Positions 28,345-37,505 of a stretch of 64,000 bases of DNA are shown here, in pieces. The notes below the pieces were generated by a model, which saw only the letters and a program-made list of their open reading frames with translations, had not been told where the DNA came from and searched no databases. Source of the stretch: an uncultured Gemmatimonadales bacterium. GTDB taxonomy: Bacteria; Gemmatimonadota; Gemmatimonadetes; Gemmatimonadales; GWC2-71-9. Both the position numbers and the translations under genes were made by a program. Where the stretch lies: NCBI GenBank assembly GCA_963779755.1, contig CAVZZO010000003.1, forward strand, positions 960,001-1,024,000. The letters run 5' to 3'. The first letter of the stretch is position 1, and every line of letters begins with the position of its first letter.

Positions 28345-29135
28345 CAGAGGCTCCCGGTGCGCCCGCCGTCCACCGGCAGATTGATGCCGCTGATGTAGCC
28401 GGCCGCCGGCGAGGCGAGGAACGCCACCGCTGCGGCGGTCTCCTCCGGATGGGCGAAGCGCCCCAGCGGAATGGCGCGCAGCATTTCCTGCTCGATGTCC
28501 GAGCGATCCCGCCCCTGTTTCTCCGCCCGGGCATCGATCAGGTCGTCGTGCCGGCCGGTCAGCGTGGCGCCCGGCAGGATGTTATTGACCGTAATACCCC
28601 ACTGCCCCACCTCGTTGGCCAGCGTCTTGGCCCAGCCGGCCACCGCCCAGCGCGTGGTGTTGGATACGCCGAGTCCGTGAATCGGCTGCTTCACCGAGGT
28701 CGAGATGATGTTGATGATCCGGCCATAGCCCAGCTCCCGCATCCCGGGCACCAGCAACTGGGCCAGATAATGATTGCAGACCAGGTGGGCGCGGAAGGCG
28801 CCAAGAAAGTCGTCGGCGGTGGCCTGGAGCAGCGGGCCGCCGGGGGGGCCGCCGGTGTTATTGACCAGAATGTGAAGGCCGGCATGCTCCCCGAGATGCG
28901 CCCGCACCGTCTGGCGCACTGTCTCGGGATCTGTGAAGTCTGCCACCAGAAATGTGTGAGGGCCGGCCTGATCGGGGAGCACCGGCAGGGCCTCGCGCGT
29001 CTGCAGCAGATGTTCCCGGTTGCGGGCGAGCAGGACGATCTGGGCGCCCTGCCGCGCCAGCTCCATGGCGCAGGCCCGGCCAATCCCCTGCGTGCTGCCG
29101 CAGACCAGGGCCCGCTTGCCTGTCAAAGTATTCAT
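28344..29135 (-). CDS. SDR-family oxidoreductase
   Basis: CGSTQGIG, NNTGGP, GVSNTTR, YISGINLPVDGG. Confidence 0.92.
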   Translation of the reverse strand: MNTLTGKRALVCGSTQGIGRACAMELARQGAQIVLLARNREHLLQTREALPVLPDQAGPHTFLVADFTDPETVRQTVRAHLGEHAGLHILVNNTGGPPGGPLLQATADDFLGAFRAHLVCNHYLAQLLVPGMRELGYGRIINIISTSVKQPIHGLGVSNTTRWAVAGWAKTLANEVGQWGITVNNILPGATLTGRHDDLIDARAEKQGRDRSDIEQEMLRAIPLGRFAHPEETAAAVAFLASPAAGYISGINLPVDGGRTGSL

Positions 29136-29195
29136 GGTCGAGGAAGCTAGGCGTGAAGACTGGCCGGTGCCAGCGCCGGCGTTTTTCACGCCGGA

Positions 29196-29283
29196 ATGAA
29201 GGCCGGCTACGGTTTGCATGTAAAAGCGATTAGCGCTCTCTAACACCGCATTCACCGGGATCTCAGGCCGCCGCCTCTAGGTT
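29196..29283 (+). promoter_or_regulatory. 11-bp-phased direct-repeat promoter of Ig lipoprotein 1
   Basis: ATTAG-N6-CTAAC-N6-TTCAC-N6-CTCAG-N11-TAGGTT; motifs align with 31326-31413 at a constant offset. Confidence 0.7.
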
Positions 29284-29327
29284 CGTTTCTGCACATAGTA
29301 GTCGGACCACACCCATAGGAGGGCCTC

Positions 29328-31220
29328 ATGAGAAGGAATACGGTCCTCACCGGATTGGCACTGGCGGGTTTCGCATCTCTGGTGACGATCTCGTGCGGGG
29401 ACAATACCAAAGCAACGAAAGTCCTGGACCCGATCGGCTCGGTCAGTATTGCGGCGCCCACGGCACCGCCGGTCGTGCTCCAGATCGGAGAAACCCACCA
29501 GTTCACCGCGGAGGTCCGCTACGCCACCGGCGAGTTGGTCGAACGCCAGTTTACCCTCACCTACGGCTCCAGTGACCTGGCCATCGTCACCATCAACAGT
29601 TCGGGGCTGGCCACCGCGCTCTCCCCCGGCAACGTGACGATCACGGCCGAGGTGGAAGGGGTCCAGGGCACGGCCGTCGTCATGGTACCGGTGCCCGGCG
29701 CGCAGCTGGCGCTCGATCCCGATAGTGTGGAGATGGACCGCGGTGCCACGCTGCAGCTCACCGCGACCGTGTACGACGCCGACCATAACATCGTGAGCCT
29801 TCCGGTGGGGTACACCAGCGCCGATCCGGCGGTCGCCACGGTGAGTGGCTCCGGCCTGGTGAGCGCGCTGGCGGCGGGCCACACGTCGGTCACGGCGGCC
29901 AGCGGCAGCCTGAGCGACGTGGTCCAGATCGTGGTGACGGAACCCGTCGCCACGGTGGACCTCCAGCCGGCCACCGCGCTCATCGCGGTGGACGACACCA
30001 TCCTGTTCACGGCGACCCCGAAGGACGCCTCGGGCCAGGCGCTCAACCGTACGGTGACCTGGACCAGCAGCGATCCGGCGGTGGCGACGGTGGATGAGAC
30101 GGGCCGGGTCATCGGGACCGGCGTGGGCGACGCGACCATCACCGCCAGCGCCGGCACCAGGCACGGCGGCGGCAGCGTCACCGTGCAGGCCAAGGTGGAT
30201 TCGGTGGCCATCACCAGCGGCGCGTCGGGCGGCGGCCCGATGGAGCCCGGTGAGACCCTGCAGCTCACCGCCACGGCCTATGACGAAGACGGCAACGTGC
30301 TGACGAACCGTACCGTCACGTGGGCGAGCAACAACGAGGCCGCCGCGACCGTCGATCAGGCCGGGCTGGTGACCGCGGTCAACACCGGGGATGCGACGAT
30401 CACCGCCACGGTGCAGCGCGTCTCGGCAACTTACGATGTGCGCGTCGTGGGCGAAACGACGACCACGGGCAACAACGCGTCGGTCCCGATCATCTTCGCC
30501 GAAGGAATCGGCATCACCCAGTTGCCGGTGAGCGACGATCCCGGCATCCGGCCGACCACGACCGAAGGGTTCACGGTGGACACGCTGCCGTTCTGGGCCA
30601 GCAGCAACACGCCGGACTGCGGAACCACGTACTACTGCCAGGGAGGCGCCAATACCTGGCGTCCGGAATTCCTGGACGGCAGCACCCTGGGCATGCAGTC
30701 GGCCCAGGTGGACTGGGGTGACAACCTGAAGAGCCACACCTTCAGTGCCGGCTCGTCGCTGCGGATCGAGATCCGGCTGTCGGCATACAATACCACTCTC
30801 CTGGGCTTCAACATGCCCTATGTGTCCGGCTCCGGTACGACCGAGATGCAGGGCACGGATGGGAGTACGGCGGCCATGGTGCCGTACATCTATGCCGTCA
30901 CTCCGCGACTCATGATCGAAAAGCTGGACGGAGAAGGCGGCAGCCCGGTGGCGACCATCTTCGACGGAGCCATCTGGGACGGCAGCTTCACCGCGGAGGT
31001 CAACGTGGGGGGCGCCGTTGCCTACGGCTACAACCTCAAGGGGGTAGACGCCGGCTGGTACCGGATCACCTTCTCGCTGGATAATTCCGCCACGGTTGGC
31101 GGAGCCACCATTCAGCGCAACGTGTCGCTCGACCAGCTGGAGCCTCCCACCGGCGAAGAGCTGTATACGCCGCAACTGAGCGGCCAGACGTCCTGGCTTG
31201 ATATCGAGCTCACTCCATAA
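29328..31220 (+). CDS. Lipoprotein with four bacterial Ig-like (Big_2) repeats and an uncharacterised C-terminal domain
   Basis: Lipobox-like TISC, four repeats of the (W/Y)xSSdpAVATVdxxGLV..G.ATITA type, C-terminal domain beginning GNNASVPIIFAEG. Confidence 0.88.
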   Translation: MRRNTVLTGLALAGFASLVTISCGDNTKATKVLDPIGSVSIAAPTAPPVVLQIGETHQFTAEVRYATGELVERQFTLTYGSSDLAIVTINSSGLATALSPGNVTITAEVEGVQGTAVVMVPVPGAQLALDPDSVEMDRGATLQLTATVYDADHNIVSLPVGYTSADPAVATVSGSGLVSALAAGHTSVTAASGSLSDVVQIVVTEPVATVDLQPATALIAVDDTILFTATPKDASGQALNRTVTWTSSDPAVATVDETGRVIGTGVGDATITASAGTRHGGGSVTVQAKVDSVAITSGASGGGPMEPGETLQLTATAYDEDGNVLTNRTVTWASNNEAAATVDQAGLVTAVNTGDATITATVQRVSATYDVRVVGETTTTGNNASVPIIFAEGIGITQLPVSDDPGIRPTTTEGFTVDTLPFWASSNTPDCGTTYYCQGGANTWRPEFLDGSTLGMQSAQVDWGDNLKSHTFSAGSSLRIEIRLSAYNTTLLGFNMPYVSGSGTTEMQGTDGSTAAMVPYIYAVTPRLMIEKLDGEGGSPVATIFDGAIWDGSFTAEVNVGGAVAYGYNLKGVDAGWYRITFSLDNSATVGGATIQRNVSLDQLEPPTGEELYTPQLSGQTSWLDIELTP

Positions 31221-31242
31221 CGGCCGGATAACCGGCTGCAGG

Positions 31243-31284
31243 CGGAGAAGGCCCCGGGCTCGCAAGAGCCCGGGGCCTTCTCCG
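31243..31284 (+). terminator. Long hairpin with GCAA tetraloop between the Ig genes
   Basis: CGGAGAAGGCCCCGGGCTC-GCAA-GAGCCCGGGGCCTTCTCCG followed by TATT. Confidence 0.8.
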
Positions 31285-31325
31285 TATTCCGGGGCAGCGG
31301 CCGCTGCGGCTTTCATGATGCCCGG

Positions 31326-31413
31326 ATGAAGCCAGCCGTCAGGATCCACGAGGCTAGCGTTAGCGCCTTCTAACGGCACATTCACGGGCCCATCACCCGC
31401 CGGTTCTTAGCTT
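31326..31413 (+). promoter_or_regulatory. 11-bp-phased direct-repeat promoter of Ig lipoprotein 2
   Basis: GTTAG-N6-CTAAC-N6-TTCAC-N6-ATCAC-N11-TAGCTT. Confidence 0.7.
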
Positions 31414-31455
31414 GGGATCGCATCCTGGCAGTGGTACACCCGCAAGGAGGGCCTC

Positions 31456-33435
31456 ATGTCAAACAACCGGGTTCTGACGGGACTGGCGCTGGCGGCACTG
31501 GCGACGGTCTCGTGCAAGGCCGACAAGAAAGTTTCAGCGGTGTGGGAACCGATCGGCTCAGTCAGCATCGCGGCTCCTACCGCGCCCCCTCTGGTACTCA
31601 AGATCGGGCAGACACATCAGTTCACGGCAGAGGTCCGGCTCGCCTCAGGCGAACTGGTCGACCGCGCCTTCACGGTGATCTACGGCTCCAGCAATGCGGC
31701 CGTGGCATCGGTGACCGGCAGTGGCCTCGCCACCGCCATGGGCCCGGGAACGGCGACGATCACCGCAACGGTTGAAGGCGTGAAGGGCACCGCCGAGATC
31801 ATGGTACCGGTACCGGTGGCGGAAGTGCTCCTCACACCGGATACCGCCACGCTGGATCGGGGCGCTACGCTCCAGCTGGCCGCGGTGGTGTACGATGCCG
31901 GCGGCAATGTGCTCGCCGATCCGGTGACATTCACCAGCGGGAGTCCGGCGGTGGCGACCGTGAGCGCCGCCGGCCTGGTGACGGCAGTGAGCGTCGGTGA
32001 GGCGATCATTACCGCCCAGAGCGGCGGCTTCTCGGGCATCTCGACGATCACGGTCCTTGAACCGGTGGTGGTGGTGGAACTCCAGGCGAGTACGCTCCTG
32101 ATCGATGTGGGCGACACGGTGCAGTTCTCCGCCACGCCCAAGGACGGCAACGGCCGCGCCCTCAACCGGCCGGTGACCTGGGGCAGCAGCAACACCTCCG
32201 TGGCGACGGTGGACGAGAGCGGCCGCATCATCGGCAGCGGGGTCGGAAGCACGACCATTTCGGCCTCGGCCGGCGGGATGCACGGCTCAGTGAATCTCGA
32301 CGTGCAGGCCGCCGCGGCCTCGATCATCATCACCAGCAATGCCTCGGGCAACGGGCCGCTGCTGATTGATTCCACGCTGCAGCTCACCGCCACGGTGAAG
32401 GACGGGGCGGGCAACACCCTGAACCGGAACGTGAGCTGGGCGAGCGGGAACGAGGGCATCGCCGCGGTCGATAACAACGGGCTGGTGACGGGCGTCGCGA
32501 GCGGCAACGCCACCATTACGGCGACCTCCGGCCGCACCGCGGGCACCTTCGACGTGCGCGTGGTGGGTGAAGGCGGCGAAACGTCGGTGGGCAACAACCT
32601 GTCGGTGCCGGTGGTGTTCGCCGAGGGTATCGGCGTCACCGGGCTCGCGGTGGCGACCGATCACGGCCTCCGGCCCACCGCGGAAGAGGGGATCGTCGTG
32701 GACGCCCTGCCGTTCTTCTACAGCGGCAACACGCCTGACTGCGACAGCTACTATTGCCAGCAGGGAACCAACACGTGGCAGGCGGAGTGGCTGGATGGCT
32801 CCACGGGCGGGGCGCGCCGCGCCGAAGTGGCGTGGGGGGACAATCTGACGCACCACCAGTGGAACACCCACAACCAGATCCGGGTGGAGGTGGTGCTCAC
32901 CGATCTGGACGCGCAGCTCCAGGGCTTCAACATGCCGTACGTGGTCGGCTCAGGCAGCACCGAAATGCAGGGCACCGACGGAACGAACGCCGCGATGTCC
33001 GCGACCATCTACTCCTCAACCCCGCGGCTGATCATCGAGAAGCTCGACGACGTCACCCGGCAGCCGATCTTCACCGCCTTTAACGCATCGGTGTGGGAAG
33101 CCTACGGCCAGGACGGCCCCGGGTTCTACGGCGCCGAGGTCAACGTCGCCGGCAAGATCATCTACGGCTTCAACTTCACCATCCGCGACGTGGCGGTGCC
33201 CTCGGACATCCATAAGTTCGGGTGGTGGAGGCTCACCTTCACCCTCGATCCCGAGAGCCAGGTCGGCGGGGCCAGCATTCCGCGCAATGTTCAGTTGATC
33301 CAGCTTGCCAGCCCCGAAGAGAGCGAAGACAGCGAGCCGCTTCTGTTCACTCCGGAGCTTTCGACAGACGGAATCACGAGCTGGCTGGACATCGAGGTCA
33401 AGTCCGCCAGCGGTGGGGGCGGCGGCGGCCATTGA
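31456..33435 (+). CDS. Paralogous Big_2-repeat lipoprotein with the same C-terminal domain
   Basis: TVSC lipobox-like motif, four Ig repeats, GNNLSVPVVFAEG...WGDNL...GFNMPYV.GSG.TEMQGTDG. Confidence 0.88.
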   Translation: MSNNRVLTGLALAALATVSCKADKKVSAVWEPIGSVSIAAPTAPPLVLKIGQTHQFTAEVRLASGELVDRAFTVIYGSSNAAVASVTGSGLATAMGPGTATITATVEGVKGTAEIMVPVPVAEVLLTPDTATLDRGATLQLAAVVYDAGGNVLADPVTFTSGSPAVATVSAAGLVTAVSVGEAIITAQSGGFSGISTITVLEPVVVVELQASTLLIDVGDTVQFSATPKDGNGRALNRPVTWGSSNTSVATVDESGRIIGSGVGSTTISASAGGMHGSVNLDVQAAAASIIITSNASGNGPLLIDSTLQLTATVKDGAGNTLNRNVSWASGNEGIAAVDNNGLVTGVASGNATITATSGRTAGTFDVRVVGEGGETSVGNNLSVPVVFAEGIGVTGLAVATDHGLRPTAEEGIVVDALPFFYSGNTPDCDSYYCQQGTNTWQAEWLDGSTGGARRAEVAWGDNLTHHQWNTHNQIRVEVVLTDLDAQLQGFNMPYVVGSGSTEMQGTDGTNAAMSATIYSSTPRLIIEKLDDVTRQPIFTAFNASVWEAYGQDGPGFYGAEVNVAGKIIYGFNFTIRDVAVPSDIHKFGWWRLTFTLDPESQVGGASIPRNVQLIQLASPEESEDSEPLLFTPELSTDGITSWLDIEVKSASGGGGGGH

Positions 33436-33496
33436 GGCCCGGCAACCCCGCTCTCGGACGGCGCCCAGCAGTCAGGGGCGCCGTCCCCTTTGCCGG

Positions 33497-34147
33497 TCAG
33501 TCCAGCCCCGGGAACCAGCGGATCATGACCTGGCTGCTGGTTTCCAGCATGCTGCCGCCGATCCTGGGATTCTCCGCCGGGACGGGTGGAGGGGGGGAAG
33601 TGACGCTGTGCACGTCTCCCCGGAAGGTATAGACCAGCTCGATTTCCGCGCCCAGACTGAACTGGGGGACAAAGTAGTATTCCCCGCCGGTTGCGATGCC
33701 CAGGAAGGTGTCGGTGGAACTGGCACTATTGCTGCTCTGGCTGCCGTTCAGGGTCGAGCGGAGGCTGGCCGACCGATGCCGGACCCCCAACTGGGGACCG
33801 GCGTAGGCGGTAAAGGACCGCGAGGCGGGAAACAGGTAGTAGATCCCCAGACTGAGCCGAAGCAGGGAGGCGTGTTGGGAGGTGGTGCTGGTGCTGGTGG
33901 TTTCGTCGTCCGTTTCACGGACGTATCCTATTCGGGGCTCGACCCGGAGGCGCCGTGTCACCCTGACCGGCACCATGATATTCCCGGGCCGGCCGCTGAA
34001 ATCGAGCCCGCCCAGCAGGCTGAAGCCGTCGGTCGGCGTCAGGTCCAGTCCGGCCCCGAATCCCACGCTGGGATAGGTATCCTGGGCCGGGCAGGGCGTC
34101 GTACCAAGCGACAGGGCCGTCAGCGCAAGCAGCAGCGGGAGCTTCAC
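33497..34147 (-). CDS. Outer-membrane beta-barrel (OmpA-like transmembrane) protein
   Basis: Signal peptide, amphipathic strands (YAGPQLG, GGEYYFVPQFSLGAE), terminal IRWF. Confidence 0.75.
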   Translation of the reverse strand: MKLPLLLALTALSLGTTPCPAQDTYPSVGFGAGLDLTPTDGFSLLGGLDFSGRPGNIMVPVRVTRRLRVEPRIGYVRETDDETTSTSTTSQHASLLRLSLGIYYLFPASRSFTAYAGPQLGVRHRSASLRSTLNGSQSSNSASSTDTFLGIATGGEYYFVPQFSLGAEIELVYTFRGDVHSVTSPPPPVPAENPRIGGSMLETSSQVMIRWFPGLD

Positions 34148-34249
34148 GAAGGATCTCCGGGTTCAGGGGAAGGCCAGGGCGGGCGGCGTCAACATTCCGG
34201 ACAGCCCCATCGTAATGATGAGAGGAATGCGGGAGAGTAGATTTCAGAC

Positions 34250-35161
34250 GTGAAACGTCTCGATACGGGCTTTCGCCTGCGGCGCGCCGACTGGTCGGTG
34301 GATCCGCTGCTTGCCCCGCACCGCCGCCCCTGGGTCGGTCTGCTCGCGAGCGTGCTGGCGCACAGCCTGCTGGTGCTGCTGTTGCTGGGACTGCTGACAA
34401 AGCACCAGGACACATCGGCCCCGGACCAGCCGGCGTCGGCCTCTGCCCTGCCGCAGGTGGCGATGGTCTACCTGCCGCCGCCACCCCGCGCGGCACCGGC
34501 GCCGCGGCCTGCGCCTCCGCGGCAGGTCCAGCCGGTAAGCCCCGACGCCGTGCACGCGCCGACCGCGGCACCCAGTCGCGGCCCGCAACCCCGCACCGAT
34601 GACGTCTCCGGCCGCGAGTCTCCCGGCCGCACTCCCCCGCAGCCCGAGGAGCCCCCGGCGCAACCCGCCACCGAGTCTCCGAAGACTGCACCGGCGCCGA
34701 CGCCTCCGTCTGTGACCCTCAGCACGGCTCCCCTGGCGCCGGATACGGCCACGATGATCTCGGAGGCACAGCGGATCTTCGGGCGCCCGCGACGCCTGGC
34801 GCAGAACGACGCCGCCGGCCTCGGTGCTCCCACCCTCCCCGGCGAGCACTATTCCGCCGAGCGCACCAGCTGCCTGCCGCCGCCACCCGCACCGGGCGAG
34901 AAGCCCGAGCTGGCGGAAGTATCCGGCGTCATTTTCCAGCCCAACCACCGGCCGCTGGGAGGCGCGCTGCTGCAGATCGTCGGCACGCAATATTCAGCGT
35001 TCAGTGACGACCGGGGCTATTACAAGCTGGTGTTCGACGCGGCACTGGTAACCCAGTGCCGGACCCAGTATGTCCGGGTGACCGCCCAGGGCTTCCGGGC
35101 CCGCGACCTGATCCTCGGCCTGGGGCCCGGGGTCAACGACGTGACCCTGCAGCGCTTCTGA
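34250..35161 (+). CDS. Membrane-anchored Pro-rich protein with carboxypeptidase-regulatory-like C-terminal domain
   Basis: TonB-like TM (SVLAHSLL), Pro-rich linker, VSGVIF...PLGGA...FSDDRGYY...VTAQGF. Confidence 0.7.
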   Translation: MKRLDTGFRLRRADWSVDPLLAPHRRPWVGLLASVLAHSLLVLLLLGLLTKHQDTSAPDQPASASALPQVAMVYLPPPPRAAPAPRPAPPRQVQPVSPDAVHAPTAAPSRGPQPRTDDVSGRESPGRTPPQPEEPPAQPATESPKTAPAPTPPSVTLSTAPLAPDTATMISEAQRIFGRPRRLAQNDAAGLGAPTLPGEHYSAERTSCLPPPPAPGEKPELAEVSGVIFQPNHRPLGGALLQIVGTQYSAFSDDRGYYKLVFDAALVTQCRTQYVRVTAQGFRARDLILGLGPGVNDVTLQRF

Positions 35162-36281
35162 GGACGCTCACCGCGGCAAACCGCTCGCGGTCGACGAGCG
35201 AACCTGCCGACGTGCCGGGCACCGCCATCCGTCCCTTCTCGTTCATCGTCATCTCCACCACATCCCGGCCTTGGCCGAACCAGCGGGCGCTGGGCTCGAG
35301 GTCGGACACGTGGGTACAGAGCGGGAGCGATGCGACCGCCAGGGCCGCCTGTGAGCCGATCCCGCTTTCGGGCATGGTACCGGCCCAGAGCTTCGCGCCG
35401 CACTCGGCCGCCAGCCGGTAGATCCGCAGCACCTCGCTCAGGCCGCCGACGCGGTGCACCTTGATGTTCCAGATCAGGGGCCCCGAGAGCTCCACCACCT
35501 GGCGCGCGGCACCGGCATCCCGCAGGGTCTCGTCCAGGCAGAGCGGCGTCCGCAGCTCGGCCGCTAGGCGCGCATGCCCGACCAGCTCGCCCGGCGACAG
35601 CGGCTGCTCGATATAGAGCAACCCGGCATCGTCCAGGTCGAGCAGGCTCGACTCTGCGGCGGGCCAGGCGTAGGCCCCATTGGCATCGGCCGTCAGCGGC
35701 AGCCCGCTGCCGCGCAGCGCCCGCTGCACCTCGCGCACCGGCACGACATCCCATCCGGGTGCGATCTTGATCTTGACCCGCCGGTAACCGTGCCCCACGG
35801 CTTCTTCCACCCAGCGGCACAGGGTCTCCGGCGTCCGGTCTTCGGGGATCCCCAGGGCGACGCCGCAGGGAATGCTGGCGGCGGGCTGTGTCCCCAGCCG
35901 CCCGGCCAGGAGCTGCGCCAGGCCGGTCTTGTTGCGGGCGGCCTCGAGATCCCAGGCGGCGGTCTCCAGCGCGGCGCGAGCAAAGGGGTTCCCACGAATG
36001 CCCCGGCGCAGCTCGGCATCCAGCTCTTCGGGTGAATCGAAGCTGGCACCCGCGAGCCGGGGAATGAGGACCCGGGTAAGGAGATCCTCCGCCCCGGGGA
36101 GCGTTTCCTCGGAATAGAACGGCAACTCGAAGGGCGGGCATTCCCCCCAGCCCTCGTGACCTTCGTCGTCCAGCAGCCGGACAATGAGCGACCGCCGGCC
36201 GGGAATGGAGCCACCCGAAATGATGAAGGGGTGGAGGAAGGGGATATTGAGCCCGTAGAGCTCGATGCGTTCTATCTTCAT
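35133..36281 (-). CDS. o-succinylbenzoate synthase / N-acylamino-acid racemase-type enolase-superfamily enzyme
   Basis: GWGE..PFELPFYSEET, KIKI, DANG, YIEQP, LDE, IKVHRVGGL, WAGTMPESGIG. Confidence 0.88.
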   Translation of the reverse strand: MKIERIELYGLNIPFLHPFIISGGSIPGRRSLIVRLLDDEGHEGWGECPPFELPFYSEETLPGAEDLLTRVLIPRLAGASFDSPEELDAELRRGIRGNPFARAALETAAWDLEAARNKTGLAQLLAGRLGTQPAASIPCGVALGIPEDRTPETLCRWVEEAVGHGYRRVKIKIAPGWDVVPVREVQRALRGSGLPLTADANGAYAWPAAESSLLDLDDAGLLYIEQPLSPGELVGHARLAAELRTPLCLDETLRDAGAARQVVELSGPLIWNIKVHRVGGLSEVLRIYRLAAECGAKLWAGTMPESGIGSQAALAVASLPLCTHVSDLEPSARWFGQGRDVVEMTMNEKGRMAVPGTSAGSLVDRERFAAVSVLRSAAGSRR

Positions 36282-36299
36282 GATTGTTCCGGCCGGAAA

Positions 36300-36368
36300 T
36301 GAACCGCGAAGACGCCAAGTACGCGAAGCTACGCCTTCCCTTCGCGCTCTTCGCGTCTTTGCGGTTCA
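36300..36368. repeat. Nonamer-based palindromic element
   Basis: TGAACCGCGAAGACGCCAAG...CTTCGCGTCTTTGCGGTTCA; near-perfect long hairpin within an operon spacer. Confidence 0.8.
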
Positions 36369-37505
36369 ACCCTTACCAATCAGGTCCAGGAACCGCAGCT
36401 CGCCGTCATGGCGCGCGAGCACCCCGGCGCCCTCCAGCTCCAGCATCACCGCTACCAGCCCGTCCACCGGATGAAACAGCAGCGCGTGCAGCGCGCGCGA
36501 CTGGCGGCTGCCGCCGGAGGCGGGATAGCACGACAAGGGCACCTGGAACCAGGTATGCAGCTGGACGCTTTCGCAGCCCCGGCGGGCATATTCCGCGACC
36601 ATGCGCCCGGAGACGATATTGCCCGTCCCCGAGAGCGGCGGCAGGCTCTCGCCCCGAGCCAGGTCCAGCACCCGGAGATTCCGATCGCTCAGGTCCCACC
36701 CGCCGTAGGCCACGCCGCGGCCGGGATCGAACAGGCGGTTGAACACCACCAGCTGATCGGCGCCGGCGGCGGCGGCGGCCCGCATCATCTCCAACTGGAA
36801 TCGATCGTCGAAGCGGGCATTCATCAGCTTCATCGCCACCCGCACGCCGTCCGGCGCCGATTCCCGGATCAGGCCCGGCACCTCGCGCAGCCAGCGGAGA
36901 ATCTGCTCCCGCAGGCCGGAGAGGCTGTCGCCCGCCAGCGTGGGTGAGAAGTCCTTCTCCAGCAGGAGCGGCGGCTCCCGCCATGCCTCGGCCAACCGGC
37001 GCGTGGTATAGCGATACTCCGCCAGGCGGAACGGCTCTTCCAGAGACGGCAGGTGATACTTGACGGATGGAACGGCGAGCAGCCGGCCGGCGCGGGCGAG
37101 ATCGCGCCCGGCGCGCACCAGGGCGAGATACTCCTCCAGGCTGCGGTCCCAGCCGCGCCCCTTCCAGGTCACGGTCCAGCCCTCCCGTCCGCTGACCGAG
37201 GATCGTCGCTCCACCTTCATCCGGGACTCGGGCACGGCCCAGGCCGCCATGGCCTGTTCACCCGATTCATCGCAGGCGATCACGGTCTTGAGCACGGTAA
37301 AGGCCAGGCCTGCTTCGGCGTCGGCCTCCAGCTGCTCCGGCTTGAGCGAGAGCTGGCCGCTGGCCTTGCCGATGGGATGCGGCAGCTCGCAACCCTGGTA
37401 GCGGGCGCTCAGGTTGATCCGGTAGGCCTCGCGGACATACCCCGCCGGATCGGGCGGCATGGCGCGCCCGAACCGCTCGAAATCACGCGCCAGGATTGCA
37501 GGCAT
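36366..37505 (-). CDS. Hypothetical protein, possibly dihydroorotate-dehydrogenase-like FMN TIM barrel
   Basis: PHPIGKASG, VLKTVI, VVFNR, LSGTGNI and SVQLHT resemble DHOD/DPD motifs. Confidence 0.65.
   Translation of the reverse strand: MPAILARDFERFGRAMPPDPAGYVREAYRINLSARYQGCELPHPIGKASGQLSLKPEQLEADAEAGLAFTVLKTVIACDESGEQAMAAWAVPESRMKVERRSSVSGREGWTVTWKGRGWDRSLEEYLALVRAGRDLARAGRLLAVPSVKYHLPSLEEPFRLAEYRYTTRRLAEAWREPPLLLEKDFSPTLAGDSLSGLREQILRWLREVPGLIRESAPDGVRVAMKLMNARFDDRFQLEMMRAAAAAGADQLVVFNRLFDPGRGVAYGGWDLSDRNLRVLDLARGESLPPLSGTGNIVSGRMVAEYARRGCESVQLHTWFQVPLSCYPASGGSRQSRALHALLFHPVDGLVAVMLELEGAGVLARHDGELRFLDLIGKG

Noticed and set aside
29196..29320. Riboswitch upstream of the Ig lipoproteins
   Set aside because: The conserved bases follow 11-bp phasing ahead of a -10 box, which fits a DNA-binding site better, and no known aptamer was recognised.
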